From a virus (Duplodnaviria > Caudoviricetes): a stretch of DNA of 48,864 bases. The stretch is from positions 1 to 48,864 of IMG/VR virus record IMGVR_UViG_3300017758_000014. One strand, given 5' to 3'. The position numbers were made by a program, and so were the translations under genes. Numbering within the stretch: position 1 is the first letter of the stretch; each line of letters begins with the position of its first letter. Positions 9,502-17,259 of this stretch are shown piece after piece. The notes beneath the pieces are model-generated. The model saw nothing but the letters and a program-made list of their open reading frames with translations. It did no database searches and had not been told where the DNA came from.

Positions 9502-9646
9502 GTTCTTCTACCCACTTTAGTTCTTGGATCAATCTCCAATACCATTTTCTATCCATAGGATCACTTGCTTTATCGATGTCTTCTCTTAGTTGCACAATCC
9601 GAATTTTTATATATTCGGATTTGCTTTTTTTCTTCCCACGCCTCAT
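9494..9646 (-). CDS. Small basic hypothetical protein (50 aa)
   Basis: Not in the ORF track (below size cutoff). MRRGKKKSKSEYIKIRIVQLREDIDKASDPMDRKWYWRLIQELKWVEEHD fills the gap exactly, with an ATGA overlap upstream and an 8-nt overlap with phoH. Confidence 0.7.
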   Translation of the reverse strand: MRRGKKKSKSEYIKIRIVQLREDIDKASDPMDRKWYWRLIQELKWVEEHD

Positions 9647-9876
9647 GATTTTATTGTGTTATTTCTACCTGCACCCTTTTTAATTCTATCTAAATGCTGT
9701 CTCCAATCAGAACCTGCACGTGATAAAGTTCCTCTTCCACCATCTGTACTAAATCCTGGAGTAGACAAAACTTTGATAATATCATCATCTTCTAACATTC
9801 TAGCAAGATCATCAAATGGAACATTAACATCCCATTCTTCATCTGTAGAAATACGTTTAAGCGTGTAAACTGGCAC
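9643..9876 (-). CDS. FmdB-like small protein (degenerate zinc ribbon)
   Basis: A GTG start gives MPVYTLK... with C-terminal DW...L..IKK..G..NTI, the pattern of the small gene usually near phoH in T4-like marine phages. Confidence 0.55.
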   Translation of the reverse strand: MPVYTLKRISTDEEWDVNVPFDDLARMLEDDDIIKVLSTPGFSTDGGRGTLSRAGSDWRQHLDRIKKGAGRNNTIKS

Positions 9877-10462
9877 CTTGATATCCTTTCCACCAAGTTG
9901 GAGCAGGACGACCTTTTTCCCATTTTGCAAAAGGTTTCGCTGCGTGATAATAATTTTGATACGACTTAATCGGATCATTCTCTACAATACAATCAGGAAA
10001 CTTTTTCATCGCTGTTGGAAACTGGGTCAATCCGATATTAGGGATGTTTCTCGGTATTCCCTGAAGTGGCCAAAGCAATTCTCTCTGAGTCTTTGTAGTT
10101 TTGTATGGTTCTTTCTCTGTACTAAATCTATATGTATATTCATCGCAAAGTGCTTTCATATGGTTCCAGTGCCATCTATAGTTATCTGCACTTTGCATAG
10201 TCCAAACTACACAAGGGTGTCCTGTATGAACTGCCTTATAGAATAGCAACTCTGCTTCGAGGTCATCTTGCCCCTCGTATAAATCCCAGTATCGAATCAT
10301 GGTTTTACCAGAAACTGATGGTTTCTTAGTTAGTTTACCATCGAGCATACGATGCACCGTAGAGAGCATCTGACCACTCTCCACGATCATTTTAGGAACG
10401 TGTTTGTCGCACATCATTTGTGCAGATACTTCAGGACACTCATTCAAGAAAAATATGTTCAT
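9857..10462 (-). CDS. Pyrimidine-dimer DNA glycosylase / DenV-like protein
   Basis: MNIFFL...A....DKHV.KM..E..Q.LST, HPC..W...S..NY and L..EY..R. Start at ATG 10462 with GGAG upstream. Confidence 0.75.
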   Translation of the reverse strand: MNIFFLNECPEVSAQMMCDKHVPKMIVESGQMLSTVHRMLDGKLTKKPSVSGKTMIRYWDLYEGQDDLEAELLFYKAVHTGHPCVVWTMQSADNYRWHWNHMKALCDEYTYRFSTEKEPYKTTKTQRELLWPLQGIPRNIPNIGLTQFPTAMKKFPDCIVENDPIKSYQNYYHAAKPFAKWEKGRPAPTWWKGYQGASLHA

Positions 10463-10499
10463 AATATGGATACTCCACTGCCTCAACAATTACAATGTA

Positions 10500-10528
10500 A
10501 TTATATCACAGTGTCAAGCGTTCGTAAA
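10500..10528 (-). promoter_or_regulatory. Sigma70-like early promoter
   Basis: TTTACG-17 nt-TATAAT with extended -10 TG, intergenic. Confidence 0.7.
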
Positions 10529-10554
10529 GGATTATCTTTGTTTTTTGTGAAAAT

Positions 10555-10707
10555 TTATGCTGACATCTCTATCGTTCGAAGTATGAACTCTCGTTTTTTT
10601 AAAATCTTTTCCGCTCTGGGTGTATCCCCCTTCTTAAAGAGTTTTTTTGCATAGATGCTAAGTTCTTCAGTGTCTTTTTTTAAGCGTTCGATTTGATTGT
10701 ATGTCAT
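10555..10707 (-). CDS. Small hypothetical protein (50 aa)
   Basis: MTYNQIERLKKD... with AGGA upstream. The longer ORF-track start runs through a terminator. Confidence 0.6.
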   Translation of the reverse strand: MTYNQIERLKKDTEELSIYAKKLFKKGDTPRAEKILKKREFILRTIEMSA

Positions 10708-10720
10708 TTCTGTTCCTAAT

Positions 10721-10749
10721 AAAAAAAAGCGTACGCAATTGGCGCACAC
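10721..10749 (-). terminator. Intrinsic terminator
   Basis: Minus strand GTGTGCGC-CAATT-GCGTACGC hairpin (with G-U pairs) followed by T8. Confidence 0.65.
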
Positions 10750-10786
10750 TTTGATTTGTGTTGAAGTTGTTAAGATGTGAGTTAGA

Positions 10787-11209
10787 CTATTTGTTATCTG
10801 ATAATAATCCTGGGAAGGTTTCATCAACAAGTTTTCGCGTGACTCCTTTAGGTGCTTTTTTGTTTATCATATCTAAGACAAGTTCGGCATCCTTAGGATG
10901 AACACCCTCTAACAGTCCGATAAACAGTCTTTCTCGTTTAAATTTTGGAAGATCCTTACCTTTACCGCCCACAGCAAAGTATGAGAATTTCACATTCTCC
11001 CTCAGCAAATTTGCTGGGTGATTGTGTGCTTCTGCTGGTGTATAGGGTGGTTCTCCAGGAGGCATATTCCATTTGATGTTTTCATCAATAGACCCTCGAA
11101 GAATATCTTTAAGTGCCCATGATTCGTTTTGTTTGAGGACATTGATTTTATCCTCTTTCTTCTTTGCTTTAGATGCTTCTTCTAAAACTTCATAAACATA
11201 TTTTGCCAT
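10787..11209 (-). CDS. Conserved T4-like hypothetical protein
   Basis: W..P.G.PPY and KRE.LFI.LLEG.HP..A motifs, commonly seen beside rnh in marine T4-like phages. Confidence 0.7.
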   Translation of the reverse strand: MAKYVYEVLEEASKAKKKEDKINVLKQNESWALKDILRGSIDENIKWNMPPGEPPYTPAEAHNHPANLLRENVKFSYFAVGGKGKDLPKFKRERLFIGLLEGVHPKDAELVLDMINKKAPKGVTRKLVDETFPGLLSDNK

Positions 11210-12063
11210 CAGTTTATAAATTCCTCTACTGATTCAATCAACATTTTCATATTTTTATTTATAAGATATGGAAACACTAAACCCTTATTGTGCCAAGGAT
11301 CTTGTGAATTAAACACATCTAATATTTGATCTTTTAATCTCTGAGGGGTTTTACTCAGGTCGATTAAAGTCTCATTTCGTTGATAATTACGATACCAAGA
11401 TGCAGCATACAGTAATTCACCTTCTGCTAGATCTTCTTTGATTGCTTCTTTCTTTTTCTTACTTAGCGGAATTTGTCTACGACCTTCCACAAACACATCG
11501 TCGTCTGATAATATGTTAGGAACACCGTCACCAGCGTCGCCTTTCATGATCTTTTCCATCAAACTAACAAGCGGAGTTTCTTCTTTGTATTCTTTCTTTA
11601 AGAGAGGAGAATACTGTCTCACATTAGGAAAACGCTGCAACTGTAAAAAGTCTTTGTCTGCAGATATGATCATCACATCTTCATATTGACCAAACTCTTG
11701 AGTGTTTTCGCATAGTGTGCCGATAATATCATCTGCCTCACATTCGTCAACCTGAACCACTTTATAGGGAAAGTTCTCTTGAATCTCTTCACGAACATTC
11801 GTTAGGATCTCAAATGCCTTCGCCCAATCGAATGTATCTTGTTCACGTTTTTTCTTGCGGTTTGCTTTATATTGAGGATAGTAACCACGACGCCAATTGT
11901 TTTTGCCATCGCAACATAACACGAGTTCTCCAAATTTATCTTTATAAGAATTTCTGTACATACGCAAACTATTCAGGATCATGTGCCTGAGTAAGTCTTC
12001 GTCATCTACTTTATTCACTACAATGGTTGCGATCGCTAGACCGCTGAAATCTACCAATATCAT
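11209..12063 (-). CDS. rnh: T4-type RNase H (5'-3' exonuclease)
   Basis: ILVD, WRR.YYPQYKANRKK, EADDIIG, ISADKDFLQL, GD.GDGVPN and NETLIDL. Confidence 0.95.
   Translation of the reverse strand: MILVDFSGLAIATIVVNKVDDEDLLRHMILNSLRMYRNSYKDKFGELVLCCDGKNNWRRGYYPQYKANRKKKREQDTFDWAKAFEILTNVREEIQENFPYKVVQVDECEADDIIGTLCENTQEFGQYEDVMIISADKDFLQLQRFPNVRQYSPLLKKEYKEETPLVSLMEKIMKGDAGDGVPNILSDDDVFVEGRRQIPLSKKKKEAIKEDLAEGELLYAASWYRNYQRNETLIDLSKTPQRLKDQILDVFNSQDPWHNKGLVFPYLINKNMKMLIESVEEFIN
11256..11263 (-). promoter_or_regulatory. Possible T4 late promoter
   Basis: TATAAATA inside the 3' end of rnh, ~47 nt upstream of the next start. Confidence 0.4.
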
Positions 12064-12278
12064 TTAGCGAGTTCCCTTGTCATTTCCCTTGCTATTTTAT
12101 TTTCCCATTCTATAACTTTATGAGATTCCATTTTATATTCTTCTTTGGTTATTTCTTTATATTCTATCCCATCCCAAAGATGAAAGTTTGGGTCGTTCAA
12201 AAATTGATATTCAGTGTAAACCCCATTTTCCATATACGGGGATAATGAAAGGTTAGTAACCCTATAGTATTTTTGCAT
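12060..12278 (-). CDS. Hypothetical protein
   Basis: 72 aa ORF with a strong AAGGAG SD, directly downstream of a promoter. Confidence 0.7.
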   Translation of the reverse strand: MQKYYRVTNLSLSPYMENGVYTEYQFLNDPNFHLWDGIEYKEITKEEYKMESHKVIEWENKIAREMTRELAK

Positions 12279-12307
12279 TATATTCTCACTCCTTTAAGTG
12301 TACGATA

Positions 12308-12336
12308 ATTATATCATAATTCTTACAAGAAGTAAA
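12308..12336 (-). promoter_or_regulatory. Sigma70-like early promoter
   Basis: TTTACT-17 nt-TATAAT with extended -10 TG; nearly identical to the promoter at 7476-7504. Confidence 0.8.
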
Positions 12337-12350
12337 GAAAAAATTGTTAG

Positions 12351-12752
12351 TTATTTCTTGATATGTTTGGAGTGTATCTTACAACCTATAAATTCGTTGT
12401 AATATTCGTCGCTCAGGAGGACGTCATTATCGAACTGCAACTTTGCTTCGTAATAAGACATTTCACCTTTAGTGCGACATAGTCTTAATATTTCTCGCCG
12501 ATAATTATCTTGCCCCTTGGATTCAAGGAGAGTTTGTATCTCTTTATTAGATCCGAAATACTCTCTCCAGTCAGACTCGACTCTCGTTCGTACTCGTCTA
12601 TTTCTTTTTGAATTTTTAGGTAATGTCTTTGGACGCCAGAAGTTCTTTTTACCGATATATTTTTTCTCTGTATCCAGTTCTGTGATGACATATACGAATC
12701 CTTGATATTCTTCTGGGGTGTCATCAAATTTTTCATTTTCATATGTCCACAT
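12351..12752 (-). CDS. GIY-YIG-like nuclease-fold protein
   Basis: GFVYVIT...KKYIGKK, W..Y.GS, REIL..C and YYN..I; catalytic-domain-sized only. Confidence 0.7.
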   Translation of the reverse strand: MWTYENEKFDDTPEEYQGFVYVITELDTEKKYIGKKNFWRPKTLPKNSKRNRRVRTRVESDWREYFGSNKEIQTLLESKGQDNYRREILRLCRTKGEMSYYEAKLQFDNDVLLSDEYYNEFIGCKIHSKHIKK

Positions 12753-12764
12753 ACACCTATATAG

Positions 12765-12947
12765 TCAACCGCTAACATATGTTTTGGTTTTTGGTCTATA
12801 CCAAACTTTTTGGTGGTAAAACTTAGCAAGCAATTCTTGTATTTCTTTTTGCCTATTGCCTTGAGTGGTACTATATGCGATGAGAGACATCTCAATTAAC
12901 TGCAATTCTTTTACAGACAAATTAAAATTTTCGTTTGGTTTTGTCAT
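12765..12947 (-). CDS. Hypothetical protein
   Basis: 60 aa, co-oriented, with C-terminal QK.WYRPK...YVSG. Confidence 0.6.
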   Translation of the reverse strand: MTKPNENFNLSVKELQLIEMSLIAYSTTQGNRQKEIQELLAKFYHQKVWYRPKTKTYVSG

Positions 12948-12948
12948 T

Positions 12949-13083
12949 TTATTCTTCTGTTATGTTTTCTACTGTTGCTTCTTCCCCACAACATGAACAA
13001 TATATGGGTTCGCATCCGTTATCAACTAGCACCACTGTGACAGAATCGCATTCTTCGCACTCTAAGCGATACTCTTGGTTCAT
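12949..13083 (-). CDS. Small zinc-ribbon-like protein (44 aa)
   Basis: Not in the ORF track. MNQEYRLECEECDSVTVVLVDNGCEPIYCSCCGEEATVENITEE has CxxC...CxxC and fills the gap exactly. Confidence 0.7.
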   Translation of the reverse strand: MNQEYRLECEECDSVTVVLVDNGCEPIYCSCCGEEATVENITEE

Positions 13084-14268
13084 CTATTTTATTCCCTTCA
13101 GCAGAGGGATATGTTCATATATATCAATCCCTCTTGTTAAGTTCAACCATTTAGTGTATTGAACGAATTCTTTTCTCCATTTTATAGTGCTTTCATAATT
13201 ACCGATTTTTGTAAAATTGTAAAGATTGCGATTTACAAATTTGCCTTCACTTTCAGAGAAATATTTCGTAATATTTGGACTCATGACTATCTCTTTCAGT
13301 TCATCTAATTCCCTTTGAAATAATACCCTTTGTGGAGATATGTAAAATGGAGAATTAATCCATTTATGAAATACCACAAATTTTACTTCTTCGCGCAAAT
13401 TATTACTAAAGAACTCTAAAACTTCTTTTAAGTTTAGCATATTATACATTGAATAAAAAGTTTGTACATTGACTTGATGTCCAGTTTCTTTGTACCAATA
13501 TTTGATATTGTCTACAGTCTTTTGGAAAGGGGTTGATCTAATGTATTCATACACTTCATAAACCCCATCCATCGAAACATTAATCGTAGGTTTTGCACTA
13601 GACTTTTTAAATAGATCTATATGTTTTTGCGGAACGCTAGAAAAGTTGGTTGAGATACTTATTACGCAATTAGGATTAGTTTTCAACAACTCATCTAAGA
13701 TAAAGAAGTTATTTTTATCAGCGAACGGTTCACCACCCTTAATATCTATCTTATCAAGTTGGGGCAGCAGTTTCATTATCTTAGAGATATCTTTATCTTC
13801 TATTCTTGATATTGGATGATTGTAAGAATTAAACCCTATGTCATTTTTTGATTTAGCATTTTGCAAAAATCCTAAATCAATTAATTCTTCTTCGAGGTGC
13901 CTCCACTTTGAACTGAAATAACTTGAGCAAGAAGCGCAAGTTTGATTACATATATTAGAAGTCGTGAATTCTAGATATCTGATTTCATTGTCATTTCTAA
14001 TTTTCAGGTAACGAGGTTCCTCATTCACCAAATGCCAACGAGTTTGAAAAGTTTCAGTTTTTCTTAAACAACTTCCGCATGCTTCCATCATTTTCTGAGG
14101 ATCATCATTTCTGAGTTTAATCATGTCAGGATGATTTTTCCAATGCTTATTGAGATCATCTATTTCAGATATATGTCCTATGTCCCAATTTCCATTGTTA
14201 GAGCAACAAACGGATATATTACCGTCAGGGTTGATAGTCATGCCGTTGCTGTTTAATCTACAGTACAT
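13084..14268 (-). CDS. Radical SAM protein with N-terminal SPASM/twitch-like domain
   Basis: CNQTCASC (CxxxCxxC), GGEPF, STN and SMDG...YEYIR; N-terminal C...I.PDG....CC...CxxC. Confidence 0.9.
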   Translation of the reverse strand: MYCRLNSNGMTINPDGNISVCCSNNGNWDIGHISEIDDLNKHWKNHPDMIKLRNDDPQKMMEACGSCLRKTETFQTRWHLVNEEPRYLKIRNDNEIRYLEFTTSNICNQTCASCSSYFSSKWRHLEEELIDLGFLQNAKSKNDIGFNSYNHPISRIEDKDISKIMKLLPQLDKIDIKGGEPFADKNNFFILDELLKTNPNCVISISTNFSSVPQKHIDLFKKSSAKPTINVSMDGVYEVYEYIRSTPFQKTVDNIKYWYKETGHQVNVQTFYSMYNMLNLKEVLEFFSNNLREEVKFVVFHKWINSPFYISPQRVLFQRELDELKEIVMSPNITKYFSESEGKFVNRNLYNFTKIGNYESTIKWRKEFVQYTKWLNLTRGIDIYEHIPLLKGIK

Positions 14269-14271
14269 CTA

Positions 14272-14472
14272 TCAACCAGTACAATCGTTGTCGATTCGCA
14301 CTCTATTCGGTATTCGTTTTCCACTTTGCTCTAATATCTCCTCTTTCCTAGAATCATCGCAATAAAACCATTCTTTTATTTCGTCAGAGGAACGACCACA
14401 ACCTTCACAGTGGTCGTCCTCTATTTTACATACCTTTACACAAGGTGACGGAATACTAGAAATCGATATCAC
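14272..14472 (-). CDS. DUF1289-like small Cys-rich (Fe-S) protein
   Basis: SPCVKVC...C.GCGR...EI..W. Probable GTG start at 14472, overlapping the end of nrdJ. Confidence 0.75.
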   Translation of the reverse strand: MISISSIPSPCVKVCKIEDDHCEGCGRSSDEIKEWFYCDDSRKEEILEQSGKRIPNRVRIDNDCTG

Positions 14473-16672
14473 AAGCACCACCAGCACATGCTGCTGCACC
14501 AAGAGTATCAACGTCAGTGAAAACTTTCTCAGTTAGATCTGTTTTCCAATTGATTGGTGATAAGTTCTTTTGAATCTTATTCCACTTATGTAGTAAATAT
14601 GCGTCTTTCAGGCAATATTCAGTTTTCTTCATATCACCATCAAGATAGTTTTCAGCAAACCGTTCGAATCTACGAACCCAGTCTTTCTTTGCACTGTTTG
14701 TGCTAGACTCGAGTGATAAATCTTCACCCATACCTTGCGCTGTTGAGCAAGCATTCCATAAATTGTCGAAACACTTCATTGCATCAACAACCATACCAGA
14801 GGCAAATACTGCACCGTCTTGATATTTTGCAACCATAGTCTCAGAATCAATGACCTGAGTATTTGGTGCTTGGTTGTAGTCTTTATCACCTGTTGGTGCG
14901 AGGAATGAAATACCTGAGAACGAGTAACGATTCTCGTAAACATACTTTTCTACATCATCCCAGTCATCAACGATAATTGTGTTTGATACATTGTGACGGA
15001 TACCTTCATCCGCACATAGTTCTTCGTTTGTGCCTTCAACGACCCAGTTCTTTTGTGCTTTCTTTACGAGTTCAAGATGTTTCACGCCAAGCAATTCATC
15101 CTTGAACATAGAACCTCTGTTTGGAACAATAGGAAATGAAATCACAACATCTGTACCATTAGCAGACCATACAGATTCTTCAACCATATGCGGATTTGCT
15201 TTGATGATTGCATTTGTAATTTCAGATTCTTTATTCATCTGAATGTTACGGATGTACATTGACGAATGTTCAGCATGGATTCCTGAAGCAGTTTGGAGCA
15301 ATACGGATGCATTTCCACTCGGTTTAACACAAGTAGTACGAGCAGCAGGATTAATGCCGATAATGGCAGCAATCTCTTTATTGACTTTCTTAACAATGTT
15401 TGCCCCTTTTTTCAGAATTTTAGTATCGAAAAGGATATCCGGATTATTCATCCAACCTGTAATTGATACGCCAAGCAATGCTTCACGATCAAAGATTTTC
15501 TTAGATGTGTCTGATAAAAATTTGAAGTCTGTATAACCTGCTTGCATTGTGCCAAGAATAGCACCTGCACGACATGCTTTATAGAAGTCTTCTTCTGTGT
15601 TACACATACCACCGTTAATTTCAGTCAGGTTACAACCTTGCCAACCTGTTTCACCTTCATATTGCGGGAACATACCAATTTCAACACAAGGGTTAGTTGT
15701 ATGCTCTTTTGATGTTGTAAAGTAGAATCCTGGTTCGCCAAACGACTTAACTGATTCCATAATTTTTGCAAACATCTCAGGTGTTGCTTCATCACGTACG
15801 ATAACTGCTGAATTGTTCGAACGACCGCGTTGAGCGTTATCCATAAACCAGTTACCAGTTTTTGCATTCATCATCTCATCATCTTCAGGAGAGAACAAAC
15901 AGATAGTTGCTGAACGACGCACGCCACCCGATAGTACAGCATCAGCAGCATGCATACAGATATCATATACAGCGATAGGACGAAGCGGTTGTGGTTCTTT
16001 TGCATCCATAACTAATGCTTGAAGCATATGCTCAATCTTATCAAGTGATTTGCGAAGACCCTCTGGTCCAGGTGCTTTAAATCCACCAGAGATCTTTGCA
16101 CCCTTCGGACGAATGTTTGATAAGTCAAAGAATACACGACGACCTTCATAGTCTGGATATTTACTATCACCAACAAAATAAGATGACATCAACACGTCAA
16201 GTGCTGATGCCCAACCTTCAATTGAATCTTCTACGACAAAACCCTTTGCTTGTTTTGTACGTTGTTGAATTTGTGGTAATTTTCCGACGTGATGTTCTTG
16301 CACAGAAAACCCTGCACCTGCACCACATAATAAAATATAGAAGAATTCACCAAAGAATGCAGGACGATCTGCATAGGATGATGTACAATTGTACATACGC
16401 ATCTGGTGTTTCTTTAATTGTTCACCGCCAAATTGTAGTGCACGTTGTGCACCAAGAACACGTTGTTCTTTGTATGCAGTTCTTGCTTCTTCAATGAACG
16501 GTTGTAATTTTTCTAATGCCTCTGAATAATTTTCTTCGTGCATTGATAGCACACGATCTACTGCTTCATCCCAAGTCTCATACGTTCCTTCTTCTTCTTT
16601 GAAACGTGAATACGAGTCATAAAACTTGGTTTGGGACAAAAACTCTCTCGTGTCTGCAAACTGATTTTGCAT
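14456..16672 (-). CDS. nrdJ: Class II (adenosylcobalamin-dependent, monomeric RTPR-type) ribonucleotide reductase
   Basis: YNC, GGVRRSA, TNPCVEI, GCNLTEI, TCVKPSG, SGISFL...YNQAP and C-terminal CAGGAC. No class I YY pair and no adjacent nrdB. Start at ATG 16672 with AAGGA upstream. Confidence 0.85.
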   Translation of the reverse strand: MQNQFADTREFLSQTKFYDSYSRFKEEEGTYETWDEAVDRVLSMHEENYSEALEKLQPFIEEARTAYKEQRVLGAQRALQFGGEQLKKHQMRMYNCTSSYADRPAFFGEFFYILLCGAGAGFSVQEHHVGKLPQIQQRTKQAKGFVVEDSIEGWASALDVLMSSYFVGDSKYPDYEGRRVFFDLSNIRPKGAKISGGFKAPGPEGLRKSLDKIEHMLQALVMDAKEPQPLRPIAVYDICMHAADAVLSGGVRRSATICLFSPEDDEMMNAKTGNWFMDNAQRGRSNNSAVIVRDEATPEMFAKIMESVKSFGEPGFYFTTSKEHTTNPCVEIGMFPQYEGETGWQGCNLTEINGGMCNTEEDFYKACRAGAILGTMQAGYTDFKFLSDTSKKIFDREALLGVSITGWMNNPDILFDTKILKKGANIVKKVNKEIAAIIGINPAARTTCVKPSGNASVLLQTASGIHAEHSSMYIRNIQMNKESEITNAIIKANPHMVEESVWSANGTDVVISFPIVPNRGSMFKDELLGVKHLELVKKAQKNWVVEGTNEELCADEGIRHNVSNTIIVDDWDDVEKYVYENRYSFSGISFLAPTGDKDYNQAPNTQVIDSETMVAKYQDGAVFASGMVVDAMKCFDNLWNACSTAQGMGEDLSLESSTNSAKKDWVRRFERFAENYLDGDMKKTEYCLKDAYLLHKWNKIQKNLSPINWKTDLTEKVFTDVDTLGAAACAGGACDIDF

Positions 16673-16712
16673 CCGAATGTTCCTTCTTTTCAATGATTTC
16701 TTTATAGGTGAT

Positions 16713-16741
16713 ATTATATAGTAAAATGGGGATCTAGTAAA
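16713..16741 (-). promoter_or_regulatory. Sigma70-like promoter for nrdJ
   Basis: TTTACT-17 nt-TATAAT. Confidence 0.7.
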
Positions 16742-16749
16742 CCCCCATT
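16723..16749 (-). terminator. Hairpin / probable terminator of the late structural transcript
   Basis: Minus strand AATGGGG...CCCCATT inverted repeat followed by a short T run, downstream of the holin. Confidence 0.5.
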
Positions 16750-16788
16750 CTGCCTATATTTCCGAATTATCTTTGTGTTTTATGAGAA

Positions 16789-17247
16789 TTATTTTTTGCG
16801 TGATTTCTCGATTGCACGTGATCCGAACCAGAACGATAATATTGCAGCAAAGATTGCCTTTGTATCTTCATCCCATAGTAATTGAATTGCTACAGAAAAA
16901 TCTGTACCTTTTTCTAATGCTTGCATTAGCAGCGTGATTTCAATAGTTGCAAACAAAAGAAAGAAAGCATATGTGATAACTGGACGTACAGATTTTTGTA
17001 GTGCAGCAATCCAACCTGTCCCCTGATTAATTGAAATATCGTGTTTAATCAAACGTTCGTGTTCTTTGTCTGCACCCATAGTATCATACATCTTAAGATC
17101 GAAATCCATTCCGTCTTTCTTAAGTTCTGCCATGAGTCGCATTTTATCAAGTTCAAGTTTTCGATCACCTTTTTTTGCAAAGTGATCTGTGATTGAAGGG
17201 ACTGCTGAACCAGCAAATCCAATCAATGATCCTATTAATGATAACAT
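16789..17247 (-). CDS. Holin, 3TM (GTA-holin-like) family
   Basis: Hydrophobic N-terminus, SVRPVITY and I.SFWFGSR followed by a basic tail. Confidence 0.7.
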   Translation of the reverse strand: MLSLIGSLIGFAGSAVPSITDHFAKKGDRKLELDKMRLMAELKKDGMDFDLKMYDTMGADKEHERLIKHDISINQGTGWIAALQKSVRPVITYAFFLLFATIEITLLMQALEKGTDFSVAIQLLWDEDTKAIFAAILSFWFGSRAIEKSRKK

Positions 17248-17259
17248 AATGTTTTATCC

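Noticed and set aside
12351-12752. Mobile homing endonuclease
   Set aside because: Only a ~130 aa GIY-YIG-like domain without a DNA-binding extension and no interrupted host gene; more likely a resident gene.
12485-12895. 136 aa alternative minus-strand ORF
   Set aside because: Overlaps two better-supported genes in other frames.
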